A stretch of 64,000 nucleotides of DNA from Candidatus Latescibacterota bacterium (GTDB lineage Bacteria > Krumholzibacteriota > Krumholzibacteriia > WVZY01 > JAKEHA01), in the NCBI GenBank assembly GCA_963736125.1, contig CAVTNQ010000005.1, positions 64,218 to 128,217 of the forward strand. Direction: 5' to 3'. Positions 37,180 to 47,912 of the stretch are shown one piece after another. The first letter of the stretch is position 1, and every line of letters begins with the position of its first letter. The notes beneath the pieces were generated by a model, which was given only the letters and a program-made list of their open reading frames with translations, was not told where the DNA came from and searched no databases. The translations under genes and the position numbers were made by a program.

Positions 37180-37839
37180 TTACAGAATCTTATCCGGCCC
37201 GATGAGCCCGCCGGAGAGAATGCACTGCATCGCTTCTTCGACCGTCCACCCGGGATCGCGCGTTTCGGCTTCGCGAATGAAATAGACGAAACCCGACGTC
37301 GGATTGGGCGGTGTCGGCACGTACACCTTGAGCAGCTCTTCGCCGTCCTTTTCCGACCACAGCGTTCCCGTCACGAATCCGACTTGCCAGGTATCGGGGG
37401 CCGCGTACGGGACCAAAATGGGACGCCGGAAAATTTCCTTCTCGGGCAGCGACAGCGTTCCGGACAACTGCTTGCCGATGCGATACGCGGTGTTAATGAT
37501 GGGAATGCGTTCGATCAGGCTCTCGACGCCTTGCAGCAGCTGCTTGCCGATGAGATTGCTGACGATCAGTCCGAACAAATAGAGAATCACGAGCAAGAGC
37601 ACGATGCCCATGCCGGGAAAACTGATGCCGAAGGTCTTGTGCACCAGAACGAGCAGTCTTCTGTCGATGAAGCTGTAGAGCAGATAGACCGCGAACGCGG
37701 GCAGTGCTATCGGAATGAGCGCCAGCGTTCCACGAATGGTGAAGCGCCGCAAATGCGTGAACACCACATTCATCGGTGACCGGGGCGGCTGGGGAGGTGC
37801 GGACTTTTTCTTGGGCGCGCGACGAGGGGCCTTACTCAT
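37180..37839 (-). CDS. DUF502-domain membrane protein
   Basis: The N-terminal TM helix is followed by ...IPIINTAYRIGKQL...PTPPNPTSGFVYFI, typical of DUF502. Confidence 0.7.
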   Translation of the reverse strand: MSKAPRRAPKKKSAPPQPPRSPMNVVFTHLRRFTIRGTLALIPIALPAFAVYLLYSFIDRRLLVLVHKTFGISFPGMGIVLLLVILYLFGLIVSNLIGKQLLQGVESLIERIPIINTAYRIGKQLSGTLSLPEKEIFRRPILVPYAAPDTWQVGFVTGTLWSEKDGEELLKVYVPTPPNPTSGFVYFIREAETRDPGWTVEEAMQCILSGGLIGPDKIL

Positions 37840-37889
37840 TTCCGTTTACTCTACCAGATTCGTTTGCCCTTTGTTAACCTCTTCCGCCT

Positions 37890-38822
37890 ATGTCGATCGT
37901 GTGGCAGTGGATTCTCTTCCACGTCTTCATCGGACTCGCGCTGTGGGTCGACCTCGGCATCGTCCACAAGCACCCCGAGCGCGTCACCACCAAGCAGGCT
38001 CTCACCTGGAGCGCCGTGTGGGTCTCGCTCGCCCTCCTGTTCTGCCTCGGCATCTATTTCGTCGACGGACACCACAAGGCGGTGCTCTTCCTCACCGGCT
38101 ACCTCGTCGAACAGTCGTTGAGCGTCGATAATCTTTTCGTTTTCTACGTCATCTTTCAGTACTTCCACACGCCCAAGAAATTCGAGCACCGCATTCTGTT
38201 CTGGGGAATCATCGCGGCGCTGGTCATGCGCCTCGCCTTCATCCTGCTGGGCGTGACCTTGCTGCAGCGCTTCCAATGGCTATCGTACTTGCTGGGCGCG
38301 TTTCTCGTGTACACGTCGATCAAGCTGGCGGTGTCGAAGGACACGAAGGTCGATCCGAGCAAGAACATCCTCTTCAAATGGCTCAAGCCGTTCATGCACT
38401 CGCACGAATACGGAGACGGCGAGTTCTTCGTGCGACGCGGGGCCCGGTGGCTCATCACGCCGTCGCTGGTCGTCTTGCTCGTGATCGACTGGACCGATCT
38501 CATCTTCGCGCTCGACTCGATCCCCGCCATCCTCGGCATCACCGTCGACCCGTTCATCGTGTACACGTCGAATGCCATGGCGATCCTAGGCCTGCGCTCG
38601 TGGTACTCGGCACTCGGCAAGTTGATCGTCGCGTTCCACCACTTGAACCACGGCCTGGCCGTGATTCTCGCCTTCGTCGGCATCAAGATGATCATCCACG
38701 ACTGGTACGTGGTGCCGACCGGCTGGACGCTGGCTTTCGTCGTCGCCGTATTGTCGACGACGATCGTCACGTCGGTTTGGTCGAGGAAGAATTCGGAGCG
38801 AAAGGCGAAGCGCGCTAGTTGA
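37890..38822 (+). CDS. TerC-family integral membrane protein (second paralogue, Alx/YkoY-like)
   Basis: SLSVDNLFVFYVIF and ALDSIPAILGIT are TerC motifs. Confidence 0.8.
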   Translation: MSIVWQWILFHVFIGLALWVDLGIVHKHPERVTTKQALTWSAVWVSLALLFCLGIYFVDGHHKAVLFLTGYLVEQSLSVDNLFVFYVIFQYFHTPKKFEHRILFWGIIAALVMRLAFILLGVTLLQRFQWLSYLLGAFLVYTSIKLAVSKDTKVDPSKNILFKWLKPFMHSHEYGDGEFFVRRGARWLITPSLVVLLVIDWTDLIFALDSIPAILGITVDPFIVYTSNAMAILGLRSWYSALGKLIVAFHHLNHGLAVILAFVGIKMIIHDWYVVPTGWTLAFVVAVLSTTIVTSVWSRKNSERKAKRAS

Positions 38823-39948
38823 GTCGTTTGAGCTTCAGGAACAAATCGGCGAGGGCACCATCGATGTTGGCGTTGGCCAGAAACACCTGCGCGCGCGTCT
38901 CCAGTATCGATTCGATGGCCCTCGGCAGTTTTTCCCGTCCCCACACTGCACCCACGCGCGTGATGTCGTTCTCGACGTCCGCGTTGACGTAGAGCGACGC
39001 ATCCCCCGTCATCGCGTCGCGGAAGATCACCGCCATTTCGTCCAGCACCCGCGCCACACTCTCGCGGTTGGCACCGCGCGCGCCAATCAACGCCTGCGAC
39101 AGCGCCCACGACTCCGGTTGCTTCGCGAGTCCGTTGACGAGCCCAAGCGCCGCGTCGCGGTCGGCGAAGTCGGCGTGGTCGAGCAGCTGGCGCGCGCGCG
39201 CGATCGATCCCTGCGCGAGGGCCGCTGCGCGCTTCGCCGTTGGCGGGTCGGCTTCGTAGTAACCCGTGAGAATTCTCTCGAGGATCGGCCGCTTGATCGG
39301 GAAGAAGCGCACGCGCTGGCAGCGCGAACGAATCGTGTAGAGCAGTCCCTCCGCGTTCGACGTCACGAAGACCATCGCCGCGTGCGGCGGCGGCTCTTCG
39401 ATCAACTTGAGGAGCGCATTTTGCGCCTCTTCGCGCATCAAGTGTGCGTCGACGAAGATGAACACGTGGTAGCGCGCGTCGAACGGCTTCGTGAAGGCGC
39501 GCTGGATGACCGCACGCGCACGCGCCACGCGAATCGACGTCTTCTTGTTGAACGACGGAGTGGCGAAGATGTCGGCGCGTTTCTCTTCCAGGATTTTCGC
39601 GATGTCGGTGACATCGCCTTCGTCGTCCTCGTTCGAGCCCTGCGTCGGCGTCGGATAAATCAAATGGATGCCTGGATGCTCCAGGATCGACGCGTGCAAA
39701 CACGACGCACACTTCGGTCCGTCGAGCGCGCACAGCTCGTCCTTCTCGCACTGCAACCAGCGCGCGAACTCGATCGCCGTGAACTCCTTGCCCGTACCTT
39801 CAGGGCCGTCGAAGAGCAGCGGTGGAATCGCGCCGCGCCTGAGCGATCGCAAATACGCAGACGCTTGCGGCTGGTCGAGGTCGAGCGCGGGTAGTGGTCG
39901 GGGGTCGAGAGATGCGCGCGGCATGGGCGGGAGTATAGCGCAGGTCAA
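38815..39948 (-). CDS. holB: DNA polymerase III subunit delta'
   Basis: GPEGTGKEF is a Walker A-like motif. The zinc-module cysteines are CEKDELCALDGPKCASC, followed by SRCQRVRF (SRC motif). Confidence 0.8.
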   Translation of the reverse strand: MTCAILPPMPRASLDPRPLPALDLDQPQASAYLRSLRRGAIPPLLFDGPEGTGKEFTAIEFARWLQCEKDELCALDGPKCASCLHASILEHPGIHLIYPTPTQGSNEDDEGDVTDIAKILEEKRADIFATPSFNKKTSIRVARARAVIQRAFTKPFDARYHVFIFVDAHLMREEAQNALLKLIEEPPPHAAMVFVTSNAEGLLYTIRSRCQRVRFFPIKRPILERILTGYYEADPPTAKRAAALAQGSIARARQLLDHADFADRDAALGLVNGLAKQPESWALSQALIGARGANRESVARVLDEMAVIFRDAMTGDASLYVNADVENDITRVGAVWGREKLPRAIESILETRAQVFLANANIDGALADLFLKLKRLN

Positions 39949-39963
39949 ATCACGGGTGTTGTT

Positions 39964-41151
39964 CTACGAACTCCCCTTCTTCCCCAACCATTCGGCCGGG
40001 TCCATGGCGAGGCGGCCGCGGCGGACTTCGAAGTGGCAGACGTAGCCTTCGAGCGAGCCGGTGTCGCCGACTTCGGCGATGGCTTCGCCGCGTCCGACTT
40101 TCTGGCCCTGCGCGACCATGGTGTCGGCGACGTGGGCGTAGAGGGTGTAGTAGCCGCCGCCGTGATTCAAGATGACGCACTTGCCGAAGGCGTCGATCCA
40201 GTCCACGAACTCAACCACACCGGCCGCAACCGCCACGATGGGCGCACCGGCGGGCGCTTCGATATCGACACCGTTGTTCATGGTCACGGTCCCGTACTTG
40301 GGATGGGTGTGCTTGCCGAAGCCGCGAATGATCTTCCCGGCCACCGGCCACAACAGGCGTCCCTTCAACGCGGCGAATTCGCCCGTCGCGGGCAGGTCCT
40401 TGCTCGCGGTGCCGCGCTGGATGATGCTGTCGATCAGCGCCTGCAGTTCGGCTTGCGCCTTCTCCAAGTCTTCGATCGCCTTGTTGTGTTTCGACTTTTC
40501 GGTTCGAATTCCCGCCAGCACGGTTTGACGCTGCCGCTTGGCGCGCTCTAGCTCCGACGTTTCCGCCGCGCGCGACTCGCGTAACTCCGACACGTCTTGC
40601 AGCGACTCGGCGAGTTTCGCCTGCTCGATCTCGAGCGATTTCTTGCTTTCGCGGAACTCGCCGATCAGATTCGCGTCCTGCGCGGCGATGAGCTTCATGA
40701 ATTGGTAGCGCGTGATGGCTTCGTCGATACTCTTGGCACCGAGAAACACTTCCCACGTGTACTGCGGGTCGCGCTTGTACATCTGCCGAAGCCGCCCGCC
40801 GAGCGCTTGCTCCTGCTGCGACAGCACGACTTCGCGCCCGCCGATCATGACGCGCAGGTCGCCGATACGTTGGTCGATGCTGTTCTCTTGCTCGGATAGT
40901 TTCTTCAAGTAGCGCCGCGAAAGATCGATGTCCTTGTCGATGCCGGAGAGCTTCTTCAGGACTTGCTTCTCCTGCGAGCCGAGTTCCTTGGTCTGCGCGC
41001 GGTGGGCTTCGATCTCGCGACGAATGCGGTCGAGTTCTTGCTGCTTCTCGTCGACCTCGTCGCCGCCCTCGGTCTGCGACCACGCGACCACCGACGTCAA
41101 CGCCGCGGCCAGGATGGCCGCGTGCACCACCAAGCGAAGCGAGTATCTCAT
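39964..41151 (-). CDS. M23/LytM-family peptidase with N-terminal coiled coil (EnvC-like)
   Basis: The signal peptide is followed by a long coiled coil. The C-terminus is NNGVDIEAPAGAPIVAVAAGVVEF...ILNHGGGYYTLYAHV...GDTGSLEGYVCHFEV. It lies directly upstream of ftsX. Confidence 0.8.
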   Translation of the reverse strand: MRYSLRLVVHAAILAAALTSVVAWSQTEGGDEVDEKQQELDRIRREIEAHRAQTKELGSQEKQVLKKLSGIDKDIDLSRRYLKKLSEQENSIDQRIGDLRVMIGGREVVLSQQEQALGGRLRQMYKRDPQYTWEVFLGAKSIDEAITRYQFMKLIAAQDANLIGEFRESKKSLEIEQAKLAESLQDVSELRESRAAETSELERAKRQRQTVLAGIRTEKSKHNKAIEDLEKAQAELQALIDSIIQRGTASKDLPATGEFAALKGRLLWPVAGKIIRGFGKHTHPKYGTVTMNNGVDIEAPAGAPIVAVAAGVVEFVDWIDAFGKCVILNHGGGYYTLYAHVADTMVAQGQKVGRGEAIAEVGDTGSLEGYVCHFEVRRGRLAMDPAEWLGKKGSS

Positions 41152-42017
41152 TGCATCTGGAGGTAGCGCCTAAGCGCCATGAAGCTGCCGAGTGCTCCGA
41201 TCAAGACGCACGTCAGCATGTAGACCAGCGATTTTTCGAGCGAGAAGAAATTGATGTCGGGGATGGCGCTGCGACTGATTTCGGTAACGATGCGCAAGAG
41301 CACGAGCGAGAGCACCGCCGCGACACCGCCTTGGAACGCGCCCTCGATGATGAACGGTGCCACGATGAACGGATTCGTGGCTCCGACGAGCTTCAAGATC
41401 TCGATGGTCTTCTTGCGGCTGATGACGGTGAGGCGCACCGCGTTCGCGATGATGAATACGGCCGACATGATGACGATGAAGCCGACCACGATGTCGATGG
41501 TGTAGATGCCCTTCACGATGGAGTCGAACTTGTCCAAGAACTCCTTGCCGTAGCGAACTTCTTCGACGCCGCGCAACTGCCCGAAGCGCTCGGCCAAGCC
41601 GACCATGGCGTCGCGCGTCTTGTACTCCTCCCTCGGCACCACCCAAAACGAATTGGGGAGCGGATTGGTGCGCAGCGCGGAAACCAAGTCGGCCTCTTCG
41701 CCGAGCTGGCTCTTGAAGTCCGCGAGTGCGTCGTCCTTCGACACGAACGTCACGCTCGAGACTTCCGTCTGCGAGAGGATATTCCTGTAGAGTTGTTCGA
41801 TCGTGTCTTGGCTCACGCCGTCGTCCAGGTAGACGTAGATCTTCATTTCCTGCTGCGTTTCACTCACGAGCTTCAAGAGGTTGTCGGTGGCGAGCAGAAA
41901 GACGGCCAGCATCAGGAGCGAGAGGCTCATAATGACGACGGAGATCGACGTGAGGCCTTTATGGCGCTTCACGGTGCGTAGCGCTTCGTCGACGATATAG
42001 AGTATGCGGCGCATCAT
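41148..42017 (-). CDS. ftsX: cell division ABC transporter permease FtsX
   Basis: It has four TM helices and a periplasmic loop. It shares an ATGA overlap with the EnvC-like gene and follows ftsE. Confidence 0.85.
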   Translation of the reverse strand: MMRRILYIVDEALRTVKRHKGLTSISVVIMSLSLLMLAVFLLATDNLLKLVSETQQEMKIYVYLDDGVSQDTIEQLYRNILSQTEVSSVTFVSKDDALADFKSQLGEEADLVSALRTNPLPNSFWVVPREEYKTRDAMVGLAERFGQLRGVEEVRYGKEFLDKFDSIVKGIYTIDIVVGFIVIMSAVFIIANAVRLTVISRKKTIEILKLVGATNPFIVAPFIIEGAFQGGVAAVLSLVLLRIVTEISRSAIPDINFFSLEKSLVYMLTCVLIGALGSFMALRRYLQMQ

Positions 42018-42021
42018 CGTG

Positions 42022-42844
42022 CTATTCCGTCTTGGTTTGCGCGAGCGTGCTCGCGCGTTGGCGCTTGATGGCATCGTTGACGCGACGCGCGCGATCGCGC
42101 TCCATGCGCAGCGCGTCCAGTCGATCGCTCAAGTTTCCGACCAGGCCGGTTTTCTTGTCCTCGAAGACTTGGCCGTCGCGCAAGTGAATGATGCGCTGCC
42201 CGAAGTTCTGCACGAACGAATGGTCGTGTGTGGCCATCAAGACGGCGGTGCCGCCGTTGTTGATCTTGAACAGCAAGCGCAGCACTTCTTCGGCCGAGTC
42301 GGGGTCGAGGTTGCCGGTGGGTTCGTCGGCCAACGAGAATCGCCGGATGATTGACGAGGGCCCGCGCGATGGCGACGCGCTGCTGCTCGCCGCCCGAGAG
42401 CGATTGCGGATTCTCGTTACGCTTGTGATAGAGGCCGATGTCGTTCAAGAGACCGGCGACTCGTCGCTTGATGGAGAACGACGACGCCCCCGTGATGCGC
42501 ATCCCGATGCCGATGTTCTCCGCCACACTGCGATCTTCGAGCAGTTTGTAATCCTGGAAGACGATGCCGACGCGGCGTCGCAGGTACGGAATGTCGCGCC
42601 GCTTCATGCGCGTCGAAACGAAGTTGCCGACCACCACTTGTCCGCTGGTCGGGTATTCGTCCATGTAGATCATGCGCAAGAGCGTGCTCTTGCCGGAGCC
42701 GCTCGGGCCCACGAGGAACACGAACTCGCCGTTGCCGATCGAGAAGTTGACGTCGTCGAGGGCGTTCTGGTCCCGGTACGTCTTCACGAGGTGATAGACG
42801 CCGATGACGCTGCGGTCCTGCGGGATTTCGTTTTCTTCGCTCAT
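42022..42844 (-). CDS. ftsE: cell division ATP-binding protein FtsE. Apparent +1 frameshift near 42345.
   Basis: GPSGSGKST is Walker A and LSGGEQQRVAIARAL is the ABC signature. The frame breaks at ...HPAILV. Removing one G restores AILLADEPTGNLDPDSAEEV (Walker B, ORF 42022..42333). Confidence 0.85.
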
Positions 42845-43863
42845 CGCTTGCGCCTCCGGGTCACGAACGATTCGGCCAACACGTACGCCTCGCGCAGCGA
42901 CTCGGCTTCGGCCACACCTTTGCCCGCGATGTCGTACGCGGTTCCGTGGTCGACGGAGGTGCGCGGCGTCGGCAGTCCGACGGTGACGTTCACGCCGCGT
43001 CGCTGCGCCAGCATCTTGAACGCGACTAGGCCCTGGTCGTGATACATGGCGACGTAGGCGTGATAGCGCGCCGCGCCGCGCACAGCCTGCGGCGCCGACT
43101 GAAACATGGCGTCGGCCGGGAAAGGGCCGCTCGCGTCGATTCCTTCCGCACGGAGCAACTCCACGACCGGCGCGATGATGTCGCGGTCCTCGGTGCCGAT
43201 GACACCGTCTTCGCCCGCGTGCGGGTTCAAGCCGGCCACGGCGATGCGCGGCCGCAGAACCTTGAAGTCACGCTTGAGCGACTGGGCCGTCACTCGGATA
43301 CACGTCGCGAGGCGGTTCGGCTGCATCTCGGCGGGCACGCGCGCGAGGGGGACGTGACGCGTGAACGGAACGACCCGCAGGCCGCCGCGGACCATCATCA
43401 TCTGACAGTCGGGTGCCATCAAGTAATGGGCCAACATTTCGGTGTGTCCCGGATAGTCGAAGTGGGCCATGTTCAACGACTTCTTCGAAGCCGGCGGTGT
43501 GACGATGGCAGCCACTGATCGGTTTTTGGCCAGCTCGCACGCGAGGCGGATCGCGGTGCCGGCATGGAGGCCGCCGCCCTCGCTGTTGGCACCGACGGCG
43601 TACTTGGCGCGGATCCCGGTGTCGAGGAGCAAAGGCGCCTTCGACGTCGACTTGGCGACGTCACGCGCTTCGTCGATCGATTCGACTATCCGCGGCGCGA
43701 AGCGATAGCGGCGGCGCCATTTTTCGAACAGCTCGGGTGAACCGATCACGAGCGCGACCGAATGCGCGGGCCGATAGCGCGCGAACAATTTCGCGACGAT
43801 CTCCGGCCCGATGCCTCCGGGTTCGCCGGAGGTGACCGCAATGACGTTCCGTGGCGACGCCAT
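42841..43863 (-). CDS. pdxA: 4-hydroxythreonine-4-phosphate dehydrogenase
   Basis: ATG at 43861-43863 gives MASPRNVIAVTSGEPGGIGPEIV. The later motifs HTEMLA and NPHAGE are present. The ORF-track extension to 44430 is shadow. Confidence 0.85.
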   Translation of the reverse strand: MASPRNVIAVTSGEPGGIGPEIVAKLFARYRPAHSVALVIGSPELFEKWRRRYRFAPRIVESIDEARDVAKSTSKAPLLLDTGIRAKYAVGANSEGGGLHAGTAIRLACELAKNRSVAAIVTPPASKKSLNMAHFDYPGHTEMLAHYLMAPDCQMMMVRGGLRVVPFTRHVPLARVPAEMQPNRLATCIRVTAQSLKRDFKVLRPRIAVAGLNPHAGEDGVIGTEDRDIIAPVVELLRAEGIDASGPFPADAMFQSAPQAVRGAARYHAYVAMYHDQGLVAFKMLAQRRGVNVTVGLPTPRTSVDHGTAYDIAGKGVAEAESLREAYVLAESFVTRRRKR

Positions 43864-43931
43864 GCCGGCATCATCCGGCAATTCGCGCCGAAAGGCTAGC
43901 GTTTCTCCGCGTCCCGTCGCCTCGCGGGTCG

Positions 43932-44360
43932 CTACGGGGCGGCGGTGTACGTGATCGACTTCTCGACCAACGTCGTGCCGGCGTCGTCGACCACCGTAAC
44001 CGTCCACGTGCCGGTCATGCCGGCCGCGAGCGTCTTGGTCGAATAGCAGCGCCAGCGGTCCGCGCCGACCGAAATCGCGACGTCTCCCATCGCCGTGCCG
44101 TCGTGGCTCCACTTGTGCGTGACCGTCTTCCCCGCCATCCCGACGAGCTCGGTGAAGAAGTACACCTTGTCGGCAGGGGCGGCCAGGGTCGACAGGTCGT
44201 CGGCGGGTTCGCGCTCGGTGACGGCCGAGCAGAACTGCGCGCGCTTGCACGCCGCGGTCGTCGTGGTGGCGGTGGCGTTCGACGTGGTGGTCGAATCGGT
44301 TTGGGTGTAGGCGGTCGACGCGAAGGCGATTACCGCGGTGATCAGAAGAATGGGTTTCAT
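43932..44360 (-). CDS. small secreted protein (possibly DUF2914-like)
   Basis: The signal peptide is MKPILLITAVIAFASTAYTQ. A Thr-rich linker is followed by a beta-rich domain (...KVYFFTELVGMAGKTVTHKWSHDG...). Confidence 0.45.
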   Translation of the reverse strand: MKPILLITAVIAFASTAYTQTDSTTTSNATATTTTAACKRAQFCSAVTEREPADDLSTLAAPADKVYFFTELVGMAGKTVTHKWSHDGTAMGDVAISVGADRWRCYSTKTLAAGMTGTWTVTVVDDAGTTLVEKSITYTAAP

Positions 44361-44501
44361 AGGGGTTACCTCCGTGGGACACGCCGACTGGGGCGTGGCC
44401 GCTTGTGTGGGGTCGCCTGCCATGATACACTCCCGGCGCTACCAGTTCCTCAAGTACGCTCTACAGTTTTTCAGCAGTTCACACTATCCGGAGGTTCCGT
44501 C

Positions 44502-46672
44502 ATGCGAATGCGGTACTCTGGTATCCCATTTATGGCGCTGCTTGCGCTCGTCGCCCTGACGAGCATCGCAGCGGCTGGCACCGTTGCCGTCTCCGAAACA
44601 CCGACACCGTCGATCGATCCGGAGACGTTCGCGGTACTCGACCTAAATCCACTCGGCGGTCTTAGCAGCGTTTTCGACATTCCGCTGACGCCGGGCCTGG
44701 CTCAGCAGGCGGAAGCGTTCAACTTCGACGACAATCCGGTTGTGAACAACAATTTCTTGTTCATTCCGCCAGACCCGTACTGTGCAGCCGGACCCGAACA
44801 CGTCTTGAACACAGGCAACGTCTTCGTCGAGTGGCGACTGAAGAACCCGCTCGTCGTTGCGCCGCAGGTGAAGGATGAGCCTCGAGACGTTGTTCGCCGG
44901 AACGCCGGGCATGATCCCGTCCGTCGTCCCGACCAACATGTTCGACCCCAAGTGCATTTACGACCAAGTGTCGGGGCGCTTCATCGTGATCGTGCTGCAA
45001 CGCACGACCGGCACGGCGACGTCACGCATTCTCGTCGCGGTGTCGAAGACGTCGGATCCGAACGCCGGCTGGTGGCTTAATTCCATCAACTCGACGTTGA
45101 CGATCGGCGGCCTTGGCGCGCTGGGCCGACTACCCCGGCTTGGCTGTCGACGACGAAGCCGTCTATATCACGACGAACATGTTCAGCAACGCGGGGGCCT
45201 ACGCGGGCCCGCGTCTCTGGCTTATCCAGAAGGCCCCGATGTACGCGGGTCCCGACGGCAGCATCTCGTTCGCGGTGTATGACTTCTTCGGTGCGACCGG
45301 AAACAGCGCGCTCGCGACGACGACGATGCCCACCCACATGTTCGGCGCCGAGCCCGCGGGCGTGGGTACTTTCCTCGTGTCGACGGGTTACTCGGACGGT
45401 CTGAACGAGGCCGTCATGATCCATCGCGTCGACAATCCGACCGGTGTGGTGGCCTTCAACGCCCAGCTGCTCAGCGTCGGCAACACGACGGCCGACCCGT
45501 CGGCGGTTCCGGCAGCACCGCAGCTCGGCACCGCTCGCACCATTGCCACCATCCCGTTGCGTTGCATGAATGCGGTGTGGCGGAACTTCAATCTGTATTT
45601 CGTCAATACGCTGCGTCCGCCTGTAGGCGTCAACAGCACGCAGGCGACGGCGCACTGGTACCGTGTCGATACCTTGAACCTCCCCGCTCTCGCGTTGGCC
45701 GACCAAGGTGATATCGGCGGCGAGGACCTCGGTGCCAACACGCACACGTGGGTTCCGGAGGTCATGGTCGACAAGTGCGACAACATGGCGGTCGGATTCT
45801 CGGCCTCCAACGCGGGTATCTACGCGGGTGCGTACTATGCGACGCGCTTGTTTAGCGACCCGCCGGGCACCATCGGCGCCACGGGCACGTTGGCCCTGGG
45901 CACCGACTTCTACATCCGCACGTTCAGCTCGAGCACCACGGCGGCCAGCCGCTGGGGCGATTACTCGGGCCTGTCGCTGTGCCCGGTGGACGACGCGACG
46001 TTCTACATCTACAACGAGTACCCGGGCCTGCGTGGAACTCCGACGACCGTCGGCGGTGTCACCGAGGACGGTCGCTGGTTGACGCGCGTCGGCTCGTTCG
46101 TCCAGTGCGAGCCGGTGGCGGCGGCCATCGCGTACTTCGACGCTGTTTCTGAGGATGGCGGTGTCGCGCTCAGAGCGCAGTTCCGTTCGAATCTGAGTGT
46201 CGACGCGGTCAACGTGTACCGAGCGGTCGGAACCGGCGACCTGCGTCTCATCGACACGGTGTTCGACGGAAGCGGGGCGTTCTCATACATGGATCGCACT
46301 GTCCAGCCGGGCGCGACGTATTCGTATCGCATCGGTGTGGTCGACGCTGACGGCGAGTTCATGTCGCCGATGGCGGACGTCACGGTGCGAGGACTAACCG
46401 CGGCGCTCGGTCAGAACACGCCGAATCCGTTCAACCCGACGACGATGATCTCCTTCACGCTCGCGCAGCGTGAGCAAGTCACGTTGTCGGTCTACGACGC
46501 ATCCGGCAAGCTCGTCCGCACACTTGTGAATGAGGTCCGCGGGACCGGGGCGCACCAGGTTACCTGGGACGGCCGGAACAACGCGGGCGCGACGGTCAGT
46601 TCGGGCGTGTATTTCTACCGCCTGACGGCCGGCTCGTTCACCGAGTCGCGGAAGATGGTGATGCTCAAGTAG
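44502..46672 (+). CDS. secreted protein with FlgD-Ig-like / T9SS-type C-terminal sorting domain. Two apparent +1 frameshifts (near 44875 and 45115).
   Basis: GGAGG precedes the ATG at 44502. The signal peptide is MRMRYSGIPFMALLALVALTSIAAAG. The C-terminus NTPNPFNPTTMISFTLAQREQVTLSVYDASGKLVRTLVNE...VTWDGRNNAGATVSSGVYFYRL is the classic FlgD-Ig/Por_Secre_tail pattern. Three successive frames (0, +1, +2) carry continuous protein-like sequence. Confidence 0.6.
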
Positions 46673-46694
46673 CGCTGTAGTCTGTTCGGCAAGC

Positions 46695-46740
46695 GGCCCG
46701 GCCATCGAGTGTGAGTGCTCGGTGGCCGGGCCTTTTTGTG
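46695..46740 (+). terminator. rho-independent terminator
   Basis: A 15-bp stem (GGCCCGGCCATCGAG and CTCGGTGGCCGGGCC, with one G-T wobble) is followed by TTTTTGTGGGTT. It begins 23 nt after the stop at 46672. Confidence 0.7.
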
Positions 46741-46829
46741 GGTTCCGCCTCGAACGTATGCTCTTCCCACCGCTCGCGTCGCGTGCGAAGCTCCCCGTCG
46801 GCAGGGCTTAACGCGGGAGAACCTCATCG

Positions 46830-47858
46830 ATGATCGGTCATATCGTTTCCATCGCCTTTTTCCTTTCGAGCCAGACACCCCAGACGCCCGCACCCGAGCT
46901 CGCGGCGCCGGGCAGCGTCGTCGAGCAGATGACGACCGAAGCCACCGCGATGACGGCCATCGTGCAATCGTCGCTGGCGAAGGAGTTCTTGACCGGCTTC
47001 CATTGCTTGCCGCCGCTTGCGACGCCTCGTGTCGCGTACTACAACCGCGACACGCGCGACGCGATCTCGGAAGAAGCAGCCAAGGGAATGACCGAAGAGC
47101 AGCTCAAGGGCTACGTCAAACGCGACCTCGACGAGCAGTTCTTCTACACGACCCGCTACGGGACGCCGGTCGCGTTCACGCGCCCGATGGAGATCTTGGG
47201 TCGCGCGGGGGTCAAGCACGTCGACGGGTTGAAGATCGTCGACTTCGGCTTCGGGTCGATTGGACAATTGCGCGCGATGGCGTCCTTGGGCGCCGACGCG
47301 ACGGGTATCGAAGTAGACGCGCTGCTCAAGGTGATGTATTCGCAGCCCGGCGACACCGGCCCCATCAAGCGCTGCGATGTTGCGGGCAAGGGACGCGACG
47401 GCAGCGTGAAGCTGGTCTTCGGGCAGTTCCCCGCCGAAGCCGCGACCGTCTCCGACGTCGGCAGCGGCTACGACGTCTTCGTCTCGAAGAACACGCTCAA
47501 GCGCGGCTACATCCACCCCGAGCAGCAAGTCGACCCGCGCATGCTGGTCCACCTCCGCGTGGACGACGAGACCTTCGTGCACTCGGTGTTCGACCTCTTG
47601 AAGCCGGGCGGCTTCGCGCTGATCTACAACCTCTGCCCGCCGCCGGCCGAGGCGGGTAAGCCGTACATCCCGTGGGCCGACGGGCGCTCGCCGTTCCCGC
47701 GGGAGCTTTACGAACGGATCGGCTTCGCGGTGGTGGCCTTCGACACCGACGACACGGCGGCCGCCCGCGAGATGGGGAAGACGCTCGGTTGGGCCGACTC
47801 GATGGACCTCACGAAGGACCTCTTCGGGACGTACACGTTGGTCAGGAAGCCGCAATAG
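46830..47858 (+). CDS. class I SAM-dependent methyltransferase
   Basis: VDFGFGSIGQ is motif I and LLKPGGFALIYN is a post-II motif. The product is 342 aa. Confidence 0.7.
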   Translation: MIGHIVSIAFFLSSQTPQTPAPELAAPGSVVEQMTTEATAMTAIVQSSLAKEFLTGFHCLPPLATPRVAYYNRDTRDAISEEAAKGMTEEQLKGYVKRDLDEQFFYTTRYGTPVAFTRPMEILGRAGVKHVDGLKIVDFGFGSIGQLRAMASLGADATGIEVDALLKVMYSQPGDTGPIKRCDVAGKGRDGSVKLVFGQFPAEAATVSDVGSGYDVFVSKNTLKRGYIHPEQQVDPRMLVHLRVDDETFVHSVFDLLKPGGFALIYNLCPPPAEAGKPYIPWADGRSPFPRELYERIGFAVVAFDTDDTAAAREMGKTLGWADSMDLTKDLFGTYTLVRKPQ

Positions 47859-47863
47859 GTCCT

Positions 47864-47909
47864 TGACACTCCGATCGGGCTACGATTACACTCTCATCAG
47901 AGTGTAATC
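47864..47909 (+). promoter_or_regulatory. candidate promoter (TTGACA, 18-nt spacer, TACACT) overlapped by a perfect 26-bp palindromic operator
   Basis: The palindrome is GATTACACTCT-CATC-AGAGTGTAATC at 47884-47909, with 11-bp arms. It ends 3 nt before the ATG at 47913. TTGACA lies at 47864-47869. Confidence 0.45.
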
Positions 47910-47912
47910 CGA

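Noticed and set aside
40501-40512. GGTTCGAATTCC, resembling a tRNA T-loop
   Set aside because: It lies inside the EnvC-like M23 peptidase coding sequence. There is no acceptor-stem or anticodon-arm complementarity around it. A second GGTTCGATTC at about 59809 lies inside the BatA-like gene. No tRNA is supported anywhere in the window.
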